NCBI GenBank assembly: GCA_973895155.1
Contig: OZ316891.1
Location: forward strand, 12,150,771 to 12,214,770
Source: Marsupella aquatica
Lineage: Eukaryota; Plantae; Marchantiophyta
DNA length: 64,000 bases
Reading direction: 5' to 3'
Shown here piece after piece: positions 1-14,000 of this stretch. Position numbers and translations under genes: made by a program. How positions within the stretch are numbered: the first letter of the stretch is position 1; each line of letters starts with the position of its first letter. The notes beneath the pieces are model-generated. The model was not told the DNA's origin. It ran no database searches and worked only from the letters and a program-made list of their open reading frames with translations.

Positions 1-677
1 GGGAGCTACAGTAGCTGATTTGGCCAGCCGTCGAGTCCTACACTCAGTGGTTCACACAGCAATTATGCAAATGAATTCAATGCCTTGGGTCTGAATCGCT
101 GGAGAAGCGGCATTATTGGCTTTCCATGAGAAGGCTCAATTCTGAAGAAACCAGGATTTCTCTTGACTGGCCATTCACGAACATCTGGACTCAGTGACTA
201 GCTACGCAAACCAGTGCCTTGGATCTGAATTTTGTTCATCGATGGTCGTACTTAGTTAGATGAATATTTCCGTGAGTAAACCGACTGAACTGTCGGGAGT
301 ACAGTACGTATCCTCACTTTTTTTAACTTTGAACGGTCGATTGAACGATGTCCCGCTTTTTAAGAGAATGGAGGAAAGTTAAGATTTGTCAAGGTATTTA
401 CAAAATACAAAAGCTACCAGCGGTGAAAACTTGTGAAGAAAAAAGCAAAAGAAATAAATCAAGAAAGCTAGCCAATTAGGCAATCTCGGGACTCCAACTC
501 CCAATTTAGTACATTGAGTTCCGAATTGTATCACGGAGCTTTGCTCTCAATTCAGATTTTCAGCTATTGGACATTAAATTAACAATCAGCTTCTGATGAC
601 AGTGTTAGCTGACTAGCAGCATTGATTGTTACGCATATGAGTACAGTGGGACCACAAATTGCATCTGTGGAATGTAC

Positions 678-848
678 CTTGAATCTGCCGGCTTTGAGAA
701 TGGTGAACTTGTGTTTATGTATCATGTACAAGATTTCTTTCTTGAACCCCGCCTCAAGAGCGTCCGGCTTGATGATTGCTATAGTGGTCTCCATCGGCTT
801 GGTATGGCGTGTGGCTGGCCGAGGTCTCCTTAAATACAATATCTCCAT
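678..848 (-). CDS. First coding exon of a group II nucleoside-diphosphate-kinase-like protein (NME5/RSP23-like); gene probably continues past the left edge
   Basis: Translation MEIL...METTIAIIKPDALEAGFKKEILYMIHKHKFTILKAGRFK has the NDK N-terminal motif (T-x-A-I-I-K-P-D...I...F-T-I). A phase-0 donor AAG|GTACAT lies at 677. The NME5-type assignment is from remembered sequences. Confidence 0.75.
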
Positions 849-2350
849 AATTGTTAGTGAGGATTCCCCGGGCGGTAGCTACAGTAGGCCTTCAGGATGT
901 TTCTCGTAACCGAGAGATCTACACTAACTCTTAACTTCGAACAGTCAAGAGGATCATGCGGACAACCTCTCAAATCTGCACGCGCCCCCTCTTATCTCGA
1001 TCTTACTCAGCACTCCACCTACCAAAACTGAAAGGTGAACGGAAGAATATTTCATAATGTGTAATTAATGCCTGCGAAGCTTTACTCCTGGTCCCGTAGC
1101 GCTGGACGAAACGAAATTCTCCTTTCTACGGAATTAAAGCACGGCAGCTGTACGTAGATCTGAAGAATTGGAGTCGATTGGATCAAGCAGATGCACCAAA
1201 AAATCCTCAGGCTATTGTTGCAGATAATCCTGGAAGTGTCGCTAGACAAGGTCATGAGCAATCACGTCTCTGAGGTTTGAGCCAGAGATCCGGAGGAATG
1301 AATGACGAAGGCTTCACCACCAAATGGCTCTTCTGATACGACTGATCGATCGTTCAGAAAGTACAGACCATCAGGAGACCGATGAAGATTCTACGCAGAC
1401 ATCAAGCGAACGGAGGAGGATGCTGCAATATTCTTTCGAATGTGATAATATTTCTTTTGCGTGCAGATGACTAGCTAAAATCCATATTTCTTTCCATATA
1501 TTCAACGTCGAACGGAAAGAGTGGGATGAGTGAAATATCTTCCAGGCGGGAATGATCTTGCAACTGCCTCGGCCGGATGCATAACCGATTCAAAACTGTG
1601 CAAACAACTGCCTCCGGACAAATCGGAGCCACAACCTAAAGTTTCACTACATAATCACTCAAGCGGCAGTAGTGCAGCAGTTCGTGCTCAAGGTCACACA
1701 TTAAGCACGCAATTACAATGGAGTGGGAGCCCATGTCACTTTGCAAACTCCTTACAAGCAAAAGTAGGCGTCGGTTGAGGAGATTTCGCATTTTTACGGT
1801 GTAGCGCGAGGGCGCAGTTTTGCCAGATGTTGAAGGATAAACTTCAAAGACGACTACAGTGATGATTGTGTAGGGTCGTTCACCTAATTAAGTCAATGTT
1901 CCGACATGACCTTGCAGAAACAATCATCGGCCAATGCCTAAACTCCCAGAAGACGGGATATCGTCTTCAATAGACTGCTCCTTTAAGCATATCAAAATCG
2001 CTGGCGTGAATCCTATTTTCGAGAAAATTGCACACCTTCTATCCGAACCGTTTACAAGAATTTCCTTAGAGACTTTCCTTCTTGCAGCCGCAGCGAGAGA
2101 CAGAGCAGCAGGACACACAAGATCCAACTACGGCTCTCTCTGGCTCCAGCAGCTCAGTCACCACTCAAATTATGCAAACATCGGTGTAAACAGACAGAAG
2201 GACGGGATGACGACAGTCGAGGCGCGATGGACCTACAGTGAAAACAGCGCACCAGTTTGAACACGTTTGTTTTTCGAATTTTCGCGGTCCCACGAAGTCA
2301 CGAATTTATTCGAAGGCTCGTAAAGACAGAATGTACGCTGGCGAACTGGA

Positions 2351-2415
2351 CAATTGACAAACATTGGTATAGACAAGAACAATTGACAAACATTGGTATT
2401 GACAAACATTGGTAA
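2351..2415. repeat. Short imperfect tandem repeat (TGACAAACATTGGTA x3)
   Basis: Three copies visible directly in the sequence. Confidence 0.7.
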
Positions 2416-2613
2416 ACAGGTATAGTCGTGACGATTCGTCTCGAACGTTTGCAATTGAGTATAGGAAGAATATGTCATCGACCCTGGACCTCTAATGTGG
2501 TCTCGAGAGGTGCCAATGGCATGCTAGCTTTTGTATAAAGGACATCTCTGTCTCTCGAAGGAAGTGTTCGGCCAAGCCGATACAAAGCAATTGATTTACT
2601 CGGCCTAATAAAA

Positions 2614-2687
2614 TGTCTGATCGCGGGCTCGAACCGCGGACCTCTAGTGTGTGAGACTAGCGTGATGACCAACTACACCAACCAGAC
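2614..2687 (-). tRNA. trnV-CAC: tRNA-Val(CAC)
   Basis: Reverse complement folds as a cloverleaf: acceptor GTCTGGT/ATCAGAC plus discriminator A, anticodon arm CTAGT-CT-CAC-AC-ACTAG, T-loop GGTTCGAGCC. There is no encoded CCA. A TTTT Pol III terminator follows at 2610-2613 and TATTTAAA lies ~25 nt upstream. Confidence 0.97.
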
Positions 2688-3629
2688 TTCTTGCAGCAAA
2701 CGGTTAAACTTTAAATACTAGTAATTAAAATAGAAACAAACAGCCGGAGAAACTATATGAAAAAGTAGTGTTAGAGATAACGGGGTGCAGGGTTGTACTC
2801 GGAGAAAGATTACCGATCTAATAATTGGCTTGCTTTCGAGATGGACTGTGTCTGGACATAATTTTCAGGACAGTAACTATGCCATAGTTCCACCAGAACC
2901 AGAGCCAGGGTCCGAATTCTTTTCACGAACAGCTATATCCATTGAATGGGATCTACTGTGAACATTTAGTCAGTACATTCCTAAGAGCATGTCCAACAGT
3001 AGTCTCGAATGAGCCTGTAACCTCTTAAAAGAGCATACATGGACTGCTTTTGGAGGGATAGCTTCCGAACTGTGGCCAATACCCCTAAATAAATGGTAAT
3101 CTACCTCCCCTTTTTCACATCTCTGATTGCCATATTTGGTTAAAACCCAGGAGAGAAACCTCTATCTGGGCCTTCTCATCTAGGGCCTCTATTTCCATCT
3201 AGGTAGAGATTCCATCACATGTCATAAGATACTCAATAAATTTGAGACTTTAAACCTGGGGGTACGACAACATCACATCACTTTGGAGAGGATAGAGGTG
3301 AACGAAAGAGTAAATCGCTGGTGAATGAGTTCAATATGGGAACTTTTTTAATTTCCAGGCTAAATTTTGGGTTCAGAGGTCATCGATCATCAAACTGCTG
3401 AAATCTAGACATGTGATGTTTCGACACAGAGAGTGACTCTGAGAGCTCAAATCCCTCCCGATCGGTAGAATAACACGCAGTCAGAGCAAGCAATTTCAGC
3501 GGAAATAGTTGAGGAAGAGGGAGGGAAGGAAGGAGAGCGGCATTCGAACACGTTTTCTTAGAAAAGGTGGGGTAACGCTTGTTAGTTTCCTCGCTACCGC
3601 CATAGCCTTACACGACAAGGTACATAGCT

Positions 3630-4735
3630 ATGGCAGTTCATACAATTCTCAGCAAAGTAACTGCAGTCGCGGCTCCTTCTCATCAACCACGAGGACTCTC
3701 CAGCGCTTGTGAAGCGTCTACTTCTTTTTCCTTGCCTGTCCTGTCAAGGATCCTCAGTTGTCGTGTGTCTAGCCTGCAGATTTGTTCCCCTGAAGCTGTA
3801 AACAGAAAGTCACCAGGTAGATGCTGGGCTATGCTTGGCCAGCTGAGTCTACTCTCCTCGGCAGAAATTGTTGACCAGAACGAGAAGTTGAAGGATGCCG
3901 CGAAGGCAGGGGACTTGCAAGCTCTGAATGAGATTCTGAGATTGGGAGAAGTGAGCGTGGACCTTCCGAGCTCTAGTCGAGCAGGCTGGACAGCTCTTCA
4001 TTTGGCTTCCTTCTATGGCCATCCAACAGTTGTTGAAAGTTTGCTGAAGGCAGGTGCAAAGCTGGAGGTCCGAAATAACAGCGGGAACACTCCTCTGCAG
4101 GTTGGTGAAGTTATGTTCGACATTACTCCGTGAATTGGTGTAGAGAAGAGATTGTTTGAAGCGTGGAAATGGTAGAGGCAGAACCTGACTGCAGCCCTGA
4201 TTATTGTGAGAATATTGTTTGGACGGACACTTGACATTGACGGGACGTCTGGTGTATACCTCTGAACAGCTAGCAAGTCTGAAGGGGAACATTGATATAG
4301 CGCGAATACTTCTGGAATCAGGCGCTGACTTGTATGCTGAAAGTACGGACAAAGGCACTGCACTTGATTATGCGCAAGGTAATTCATGCTCATTTTATTA
4401 GCAGATTCAATTCAATAGAATAAATTCTGAAGGCCGAAGGTCTTCTTGGGCACTAAACAAGTATAGTAGATAACTAGTAACGAGGAGCTCTTATACAGGG
4501 CCTGGCAATGCGTGAGACATGTTACCTAGAAAGGAGTTTGATCTGCTTTTATCGTATCTCGAGTTCTTTGCTGTGCGGATGCCTTTTAAGCTCGTAAGAA
4601 GTTGAAGTACCATGTGCTCGAACGACTCGACAGCTACGAATACTTACGTCAGTGTTGTCTTGTGCAGAATGGGGCGGAGAAGATATTGTTGACTTTCTCT
4701 TATTATGGGCTGCTAAGTCAAATTACAATCTCTGA
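3630..4735 (+). CDS. Ankyrin-repeat protein with a probable plastid transit peptide; 3 exons (3630-4100, 4270-4378, 4668-4735)
   Basis: Ankyrin motifs GWTALHLASFYGHPTVVESLLKAGA, GNTPLQ|LASLKGNIDIARILLESGAD and KGTALDYAQ|EWG. GT-AG introns keep the frame and the stop is TGA at 4733-4735. The N-terminus is rich in Ser/Thr/Ala/Arg. Confidence 0.85.
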
Positions 4736-5043
4736 ACTAAATTAAATCCTAGGGCATCTGGCCAACGCCAACGTTGTCAGAAAACTTCGTGTTGAAATAT
4801 TTTTGTAGCAGGATGACCTAACATATGTCATCCCTTCAAGTGTACATCACGAAGGTACGTTAATCAACTGAGCCTTGACAATCCTTCTCACCTCAGTGCG
4901 CTGGGTTTAAAGTCTTCTCTATGTACAATTGCAGGATTGCCAACTAATGTCTCAAAGAAGCAGGAAGGGCAAACATGCACTAGTATTTTTTTAAAGGAGT
5001 GATTTTGCCAATGTCTGTTTGATCATCAAGTTTAGACCACCAA

Positions 5044-8000
5044 TCACAGCGGACGAACCCTCCAGTTCTTGAAGCTAACTGCTAGCTTTATGGAGCCAAC
5101 AACTGCTCCTTTTCTAGATAAGTCATGCCAACCACTGACTCCTGAGCAAAGGACGAGGTAAGTGTCAGCAATTACACGGTGAAACATGTGGTCTCGTGAA
5201 AAAGTGAGGAAATCAAAACTTTAGATGGTGTATCTTTCTAGGCAGAGTTTAGGATTTCAAGAAAAATTTCCTGCAATGACGTCGCACTTCTTTGCAACGG
5301 TACAGAAAACAGAGCTCTTATTCACTTATATAACTCTGAAGATTTTCTTCTTTTGAGTACTTTGGTGTCAATTTAGGAAATCACTCACCTGCTTTTGTAG
5401 TTAGTAAGGTTCTGCTGGGGATAGTTGCCACTCCCAAACAGATATCTGTGGCGGAGGACTCTTCAGAAAGCACCACTGGCCTCAACTTTGTCCTGGCATG
5501 TGAATATGAGTGATGCCACACTTCAAAACACATATTCCCTGTTCGCAGCTCCCTTAAAACCTGAACATTGAGGATAAGCTTCAGTTCTCCTGTCCATCTG
5601 TACTGAGGAGAAAAGTCATTTGCCTGCAGGTTGCAACAATCCGATAAGAGACTCAGAAATAAATATTCTCATTGGAGGGTATAACCTTGATGAAAGGAAC
5701 CTGCTCCATTGAATGTTCTGCCTGACGCCTCGGTGCATTGACAGCGCCTATCAACCGACGATAACTTTGCACAAGCTCTCGTCATAACATGCAACTGCTC
5801 GAGGGGCTTACCTTGATGGAGGTGGTGGCTGGCGGATAGATCAATTCAAGCTGCTTATTGGATGGAAAGAGTGAGTAGTGAACGTAGGAATTGAGCCCAT
5901 TTTCAAAGGGCGATGAAAGGGCCCTAGAAGTGGTTTCGACCTCACGAACCGCGCTCTATCAAGGTTCACACAAACGACAAGGTGTGAATAGAAATCGAGA
6001 CTTGGCTTCGTTAGGTGTTGGAAAATAATGAAGCAAGTTCCTATACAGCTGTACTCGGTCAACAATCTAATACGGTAAAGCTTCTGAATAATTGCCTGGC
6101 CAACTCGTGGAATTTCAGTAATTACATACAGTGAACAAGATTCTGCTGCTCCAGAGAAAGACTTGAACCAGAATATGGGGTAGTGCAAGGACCTCTAGGC
6201 CAGTTGCTCCTATAATATCAATTTCCAAGGTAGCCTCTAGTAAAGAATCTTCGCGCAGATGGGTATCAGAAAATATTGTGTCCACCATATGTGCTTTTCG
6301 ATCTTCAATTTCTAAAATGAAGTAAGCAACCTGCACCACCAGGGTTGATGCCCTCTTATATGTCTGGAACTGTGACTGGTCCATCTGTACTGGGAGGTAG
6401 AACTTCTTCCTCGCCTGGACACGAACACAAGGCATTTTGATAGTTATTGGTCTCCTCATGCCTACCACTGGTGCTAATACTCCAATATCTCGTGGATCCT
6501 CAATTGATTGGATGGGAAATCGTGAGTCTAGGTAGTTCACATTCATACGGCATCAATTTCTACCCTGTTTGAGAGGGGGATTTTAATTTATTTTGGGCCA
6601 ATTCTAGGGAAAGACCATGAGTGATCATGAGGTTCCGAACAATGAAAATCTTTTAAAACTATGTCCAATTAATGGCGGGAATTAGAGTAATGTGATCCCC
6701 TAGACTTGAAGTCTTCGTTGAGCTATCTGCAATTGAGTAAAGTATCTAGTACCTCTGGAGACGAGTAGAGTGATCTTCTTTTCTCTGAAATCATATGCAG
6801 CAGATTTTTTTGAAGTAATTTGCAGGTGCCCAGAAGCCGTTCTCTTGGCTTCCCTTTATGTAAGTGCTTTACTTTGTTGGCATACTTCTCTCGTCGCATA
6901 TCCCAGCTAGTTGGTTCGCCAGAATCACTGAGTCTCAACTTATTTGGCAAGTAGGTTTGGCTATCCAAATCATCAGTAAAGCATCCCCACAGCTCAAACA
7001 GTAAGTTGCCGTCGTTCTTGGAAAAGGTTTTCATCTTCATGAGGTGGGTTTCCAAGCTCTCACTTGTGGGTAGTATGATTCCATGATGAACAGAGGCGTT
7101 AAAGAAGATGCTTCTACCCCATCTCATGTCCTACATAACAAAATGATTGTTAGTATTTCCAAACGAGTTGTATATAAAAGTGATCATTATATCGAATCGA
7201 AAGATATAACCACAGTGGCCAGTGGGGCTGGAGTATCAGCACATTGCGGCAATGTGAAACCCTGGCTTACTTGTGTGTAGAAAGGTTCTCGATCACAAGG
7301 GAACAAGTACTTGACGAAGGCACCTTCTGAATCAATTTATCAAACAGAGACACTTCTCTGTCAGACTTTTCCGGGCGGGGAAGGTACCACAAGATAACTC
7401 GGCAGCCAATCCAGTTTAACAAGCTGAGTCGCAGTCCAGGCAGAGAGTCACCCATCACCATTCCTCAGGCGACATTTTCGCATCAACGCTTGAGCATTAC
7501 CCATCACCCAAATGGTCAATCCTGAAATTCACTAAGCTGAAATGGAATTACCACTTGACTCCTACGCTTTGAGATCCCGTTTTATAAGAACGTCGACTTA
7601 GAAGATGTCGTTGGTTTGAATGAACGGGGAAGATGGTTTGGAGTACTATGTTGAACAGTTTAAGTAAAAGTTTAGTTCAGATCATGTTGAGTGGAGATCT
7701 CATGGACAGAATGAATGACATTATTGTCCGCGGGGACCCAATGAGCCATGGGGACCAAGAACAAAGACAAAGAGACACTACGGACGTCAGTACTGCGCTT
7801 TCATGTCAGCGCAGGAAAGCTAAAACGCATGCGTTGTAACTGATAACACAGGACAGAAACTAACATAATTGTCTGGGCTTAAACCTGACCACATCTTGCA
7901 GAATCTGCTCCTTTGAAGGACTCATTTGTTGGGAGGTCTGTAGCATGTTGCACTGTCACTTCAAGCACATGCCTTGTCACTCCTCCCTGGACACCCAACG

Positions 8001-11000
8001 CATTCCTTAGAGAAATCACTGCGAATTTTCATTCATGGTGAACCTTAAGATGGAAAACCTTGAAAGATTAGAGTTTTCCGTAAAAGCAGCCCATGAAAAG
8101 ACGTGCCACTCACCCTGTAATTCTAAAAGGCTAGTTACCGTGAAAGTAGAGCATGAACAGACTTTTTAGTCAAAACTCAAGGTGAAGTCCTACAGCTAAT
8201 GATTTCTAGGGCAACTCTCGACTCTCGTGAGCATTTCTGACATCCCTCACACGGTAGTTGCTGCCCACATCAAGATTACAGGGTGACTTAGGCATTGCCA
8301 CCCCCGAAGATCACTTTCCTGTTTTCGCCCTGGATTTTACTCTAGTGTATTTGAGTGCCGCTGCCACAAGCTATCTCACCCTGTGTTCAGCTCGCTCCGG
8401 CTTTTCACCCTGGGAACTCACCCCGTAAGTGAGCTTTTACGGAAAACTCTATTGCCTCACAACTTTTAAGTCAGATCTAGCCAAAATTATTCTTATTTTT
8501 ATTTTTATTGGTATTATATTGTTACTTCGTGAGAAATCAGAATTACTTTGTAGTCCCCTGGAAATTGTTGTTTTGCAAAGCGATTGTGCTTCCCCGCAAA
8601 GAACACGCATTCCTTTGTTCCTGCACGAATCCGTTCCGTGAAACAGCGGACGTAGCTCTGGATGATTCTAGCTGCCCTGTCCTGCTGTTGCAAATTTAGC
8701 AACTGAGCTTCTGAACCGAGGACCGCTCTAAGCCGAAGACTGCCACATATTACATCCTTTAACGGATTCCAGATTGAGAAATTGCCTTCTGCTGCAACCA
8801 CACCCTTGTCCTCGACCAGTCCGTGAAATGATGCCATGGTTTTCTTTCCGGGCACCTTAGCATCTTTTCCATGAAGCCCTGGAACACCGCTTCCAACAAA
8901 GGGGGTTGGTGAACATGCTGCTAGTGGAACCTCGACCAACCCCATGAAATTATGAGAAGAAGGTTTTGGTAGGCTGCCTTGGCCCCTCCACTCTTGCCAG
9001 ACTTCAATGAATAAGCTGGCATCGTCCAACTGTTTTGGTGCTCTGAAGACAGCATCTGAGTGCCTTCTCTTGCAGGGTCTCCAGGTTTTGACTCCTTCAT
9101 CTTCTTCACCACAATCAACGAGGAATGGAATGTGGTGATTGTCTGCTTTGTCGGTTCTGACCACCAAGTGCAAATGGCCAGTACTTTCCCTTTTCTTCAG
9201 CTGTGGAATACAGCCGGTGATGCTATGCGCTGAAACGTACAGCCAGGCTCCCTGAAGGAATCCCGCAGAGAGGAGAGTTCAAACGCTAGACATTGCAATG
9301 TATCAAAGGTTTCCCAGGCTTCAGTACTGCCAACCTGTTCAGAAGACCCTGACAAGATATAGAAGATCTAAGAGAACCCTGTCCGGGGGGTGAGATGATT
9401 AACTTGTCATGAGTGTAAAGCACAGTTAGATATGCAGCCAGAAGAGCAACGTGACTGGCAGCACGAATGTGAGGCCTTGGCAGTCTCTCCTCCGTTTCTT
9501 TCAATTACATATCAATTCATCAAAATGGGCTTTAAACACAACACCGAAGAAATCCAATATTTAAAACCAGCAAAATATAATTAAAAAACCGGCTCTGAAA
9601 TTGTCGATTGATTATTTTGCTAAGGCTTCGGGGCAAAAACTAGCCCTGGGATGAGTTGCTTCCTGCAGACATGAATAGTGAGTAATTACAGGAAACTTAT
9701 CAGGGTGCCGAATTGATAGAAGAATAATCGTACCTGCAATTCCCTGTCATAAGTGTATCGTACACAGTACCGAAACTTTAGAAAGCACTCTTCCGCTCGA
9801 AGTCTGCACGCTTGTTGTTTCAATTATGTTCAATTTTCTTCTTGCAAAGCACATTCAATGTTGACCAGATACGACGAGGGTCGCTCTTTGGCCGTTCGGC
9901 AATTAAGCTAGACACCAAGATGATTCCAAGGTTAGATATGAGCGTACCATCATCTCAGGCTTCCCAGACATGTCTTCCATAAGTAAGGTAATTCCAATCT
10001 CAATCTTAGCAGCTGCTGCTGGTATTTCTGCTGTCCTGGTAGGTCCAAATGTGGATTGTGATTCAGAGTCCACTTTCGGGACTCTTTTCAGCTCCAACAT
10101 TGTCTGGTAGCATTCTGGCATTGAGTCGATCACCCGTCCCAAGTAAACACTACCGTCGCAAATGAGTGAGTTTCCAAAGTCCCATGTCAGTGTAGCGGTG
10201 AACTTCATTGCCTGCGAAACCCAAAGCTTGAGAGTGTCTCTCCTGAGACCTGACCAATTAAGTTGTGACTTGTGTCCAAAGTTTACGTCTTTCCGACCCA
10301 AACTGACCGGAGAGATTGAGAGGCTCTGCTCCGCTCCTCTGTGGGTCGAATGTACTACACCAGGAACAGAGACCGTCAACAAGCAAGAAGAGCGCTGGAT
10401 CACACTTGAGTTAAAAGCATTTTCCTCGACATTTCCTGATGTTTGCGCTACGCCAAGTTCTCTCAAGCCTAACTCTTCGAAAGTTAACTTGCCCACGGTC
10501 AGGATTAGACGCAGATTTAATTCTGGGGTTTTCTCGGTTTCAAGTTGAGGATCGGCGTGAACTTTACAATAATCATGCAGGTTGAAGGTTGCACAAGATC
10601 TTGCAGTTAAATTGAGCTCATTCTTCTTCTTCCCTGGGTCTTCGCTGAAGTTCTGATGTTTTTCGGAAGGAAGGAAATTGTCTATCAAAGCTGCCTGCTT
10701 GGGGCGATCACAGTGTACTTCACAAACCTCATCCAGCTCAAGCTGCTCTGCATCATTGCATTGGCGGGGCTCCTCGACATTCTCCGGTCGGAAGCAGAGC
10801 TCCAGATCGTTTTCCTCAGTCACATTGTCTCCAGCCAGCTTTTCATTACGAAGTGTGACCACCCGAGCATACATAGGCTTGTCGTCCTTGTCAACATCGT
10901 TGTGATCAACCTGCTGGTCAGGCAGCATACGGGTCAAGTGTCTGCTGATGCTGCTAATGTTCTCGTCAACATCTTTTAGCCGTTCTGAAAGGTCAAATCG

Positions 11001-14000
11001 GTTGTTCCCTTCAACATCCACTATGTGAGCTGCAGAGGAGGACTTTTGCAGGGCCTGCTGAAATGCCTCCAGACGCTCCATGAGCCGTTCGAGTGATTCG
11101 GCTTGGAAAACCTCCTCGCCCCTGCTTTCGCCCATATTCGGAGAGCAAGGATCGTCCCCCGGTAAAATCGCCAAGTTACCCGCTAGCTCATGCCATCCAG
11201 ATTTGAGCTGCTGCTGCTGCTGCTGCTCTGGAACAGCGGCGGGGTATCCCTCTGATTTCAAGTGGATGTCACACTCCAATTGTCCGAATTTAGTTCTCAT
11301 CGTTTCGTTCGTTTTGGGCTTGGACTTACGCGGAGGGGATCGCTTGTGCGACACATGGATAGTGGCAAGGACCCTCGGAATTGTCTCGAGACAACGGCTG
11401 TGGAGGTCACAGTTTCTCATCGTTTCGAGTTCTTCTGCGGTTGTAGTCATGGCTTCAGTATGCCCGGGTGAGACGGGTTTTCGCTTCGGAGGGGTTTTTG
11501 AACGGTCTTCGTGTCTTCCTACGGGAAATTCGCTGTCCGAGAGTGGATTGTTTCCTCTGGAGCTTGACTCTGGTTTGATCCGTTGGTGCTGTTTGCCTTG
11601 AGGTAACCCAACAAATCTGGGTCGAGCTGCTACTGAACGAGAATCCGAGGCAGTTGTCTTGCCTTGCCTCTCCGGCTGGTTGCCTCGGGCCCGTCTCACT
11701 ACCCTCGATGGCGATGCACGACGGGAGGAATTACCATCTTCGTTCATCGAAGCTGGTCCCGATACCGGACGAGACTTTGATGGGGTCGTCATTCCAATGT
11801 TCTTCTGATTGGCTCGAGATATGTTGGAGCGGCTGAAGTTTTTCTTCGTAGGACTTCGTGAAGCTTTCAGTTTAGTCCTCCGTGGTTTACCCGAATATGC
11901 CATGCTTTTCGTTGACGTGGTTCTTTTTTCATCGCGAGTGTTTTCCGTGATAAGCTCCTGTGGGTGTTCCGCAGCTGAACTTTTCGTGCTACTATGTTCT
12001 GCAGGTAAATCACCCTCCAAAATGGCTATCCGTGGAGACGTTGCATCAAAAGGATATTGCAGATGACCCCTATCTCTCGGTGGGACGTCGACGTCCATCA
12101 CCAGTTGCTTGCGTATGGATAATTGATCGACATTTTTGGGTGAGAGCAAATGGCCCCTGTCAGTCGAAGGGACAGCGACATCCAAAACCAATTGCCTTCT
12201 CGGTGAAAATTGGTCCATTCCCTTCGAGGACGTTACATCTTTCGGTGGAGTCCGAACTTCAACAGCCATGACCATTTGCTTCCTCGACGAGATTTCAAAT
12301 CGGTCCGTGTCCAGGGAATTCCCCGAAGAAGCTCGATCCCTCGGGGATAGTTCGAAATCCATGACCATCTCTTTCCGTTGTCCAGAATTTTGATATCCCT
12401 TTCTCATAGCCTCCGCAAAAGTCGATCTCACCTGGGCTGTTAGAGATCTGCCAATGTCTTCCGTCGTCAAGACCGCAGACGGAAGGGCAGGGGACTGTTG
12501 TTCTCTGCCATCTTTCTCCCTCAGAAGATCTAGCCTTTGAGCAACCAAATCTGCATGAGTAGGACATCCATCAGCCTTCTATGTTTGACATTGTAGGATC
12601 ATAGATCCGGTACGATGTTGACCTCCAATCCAATATAATAACGCGGCAAGCTGCATGATATGTCCCTGAAACAAAGAAAGAGTTGCTTTACAATATGGAT
12701 CTACTTTTGCCATAGGAACTTGGACGCCCTGTTTTCCTTTAGCTCAGGGTCCGATTGCAATCCTCGTTGGCTTTTAGTATCATTCTCTCGTTCATTCATT
12801 CTATCGTGGATCCCTCCTGCACTCTCAATTTCATTCGGTCGCACACTTTTTTCTTTGGAGTGTTTGGAAGGACTTCGGTACATTCCTAGCTCTTGATGCT
12901 CAGAAAGTAACTACACCTATCTTTTGCCACACTCTAATATTGCTGAGCGTCGGCTAGAAATTCATCAAATGTTGCCGATGGCTATGCTTACTCAGCTCAT
13001 AACAACAGTCCCCGGAAGCCCAGAGACCACGAGACTGGTAGTCACATCTGTGTAATGTTTTTCTGCCTTTCACCTCTTTTTAGTCTTTCCAAAATGATAG
13101 ACTACACAGTTGATGCAAGGGTGTGCATAATGTTCCTACCAATTTCTCTTATCGATGCACCCATAAAATATATTCATTATTATGTATTGTAACTCATAAG
13201 TTAAGGACGAAATGGAGAAAATGAATCGGACTGCATCCTTGTTTTAAGTGGAGAAAAAACTAAGTGTAGAGGCTTATTTTACCATCAAACGACTTTTTCT
13301 GCATAGTGCTTGTGTCCCAGTCAGTTCCTTGTGCGCCCGCCGCGTTTAAGGAGTAAGAAAGAGACACCTTAAGCGACACAATAGCAAGGAAGACCCCTGC
13401 TTTATCAAAAACAGCATGGGAGCCTTGAATCTGAACACCCTCTGCCAGGTTAGTCAGTTCCAAGCAAAAGTTTCCAAGCCTGACTCCTGGCTCTCCTCCG
13501 TTTGCGTCCCGCTTGCCGACTACCAAACAAAGGTCTAACGTGCCCATGTCTTGGAGATACCTGTGCCATTATTCAGAGACATCGGTAAGCCCGTCTACTT
13601 CAGCTTCTTCAGGTAGGCATGACAAGCGACTGACTCATTCAACTTCGCTGGCTTGCAGTGTGTTCAAAATCATCAAACTCGATTGCAAGGTTACAATAAT
13701 CAGAGCGCATCCTTGTAAGGGGTTCTTCCGTTTCTCTACTAACTACATCAGAGAATCATTTAATCAAGAGCATGATTTTTGGTATAATTTCTTGTGTTTT
13801 GTTAATTGATCAAATCATGCTTCTGACGAGCTTTGTAAAGCCACTCACCTCGAGACTTGTCTCATGCTCGATACAAGAGGATACACTGCCGTAATAGCTG
13901 GTGGACAAGAGCCGTTCGGAATCACCAGCACCAAAGTATCAGCCGCGGCCTGGCCCCACCAGTTTATGTGTAAGCTGCATCCAGATTGAAGATCAGGAGT

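Noticed and set aside
900-2300. Short ORFs and AACCG/AACGG (DUO1-like) motifs upstream of the NDK gene
   Set aside because: The ORFs have no recognisable motifs, and 5-bp matches are expected by chance.
2982-3450. GAGCATGTCCAA Tourist-like left end
   Set aside because: No convincing right TIR or TSD was found.
10162-12393. Multiple + strand ORFs, including a poly-Cys one
   Set aside because: They are antisense shadows of the 881-aa C2CD3 exon; the poly-Cys is the complement of the CAG polyQ.
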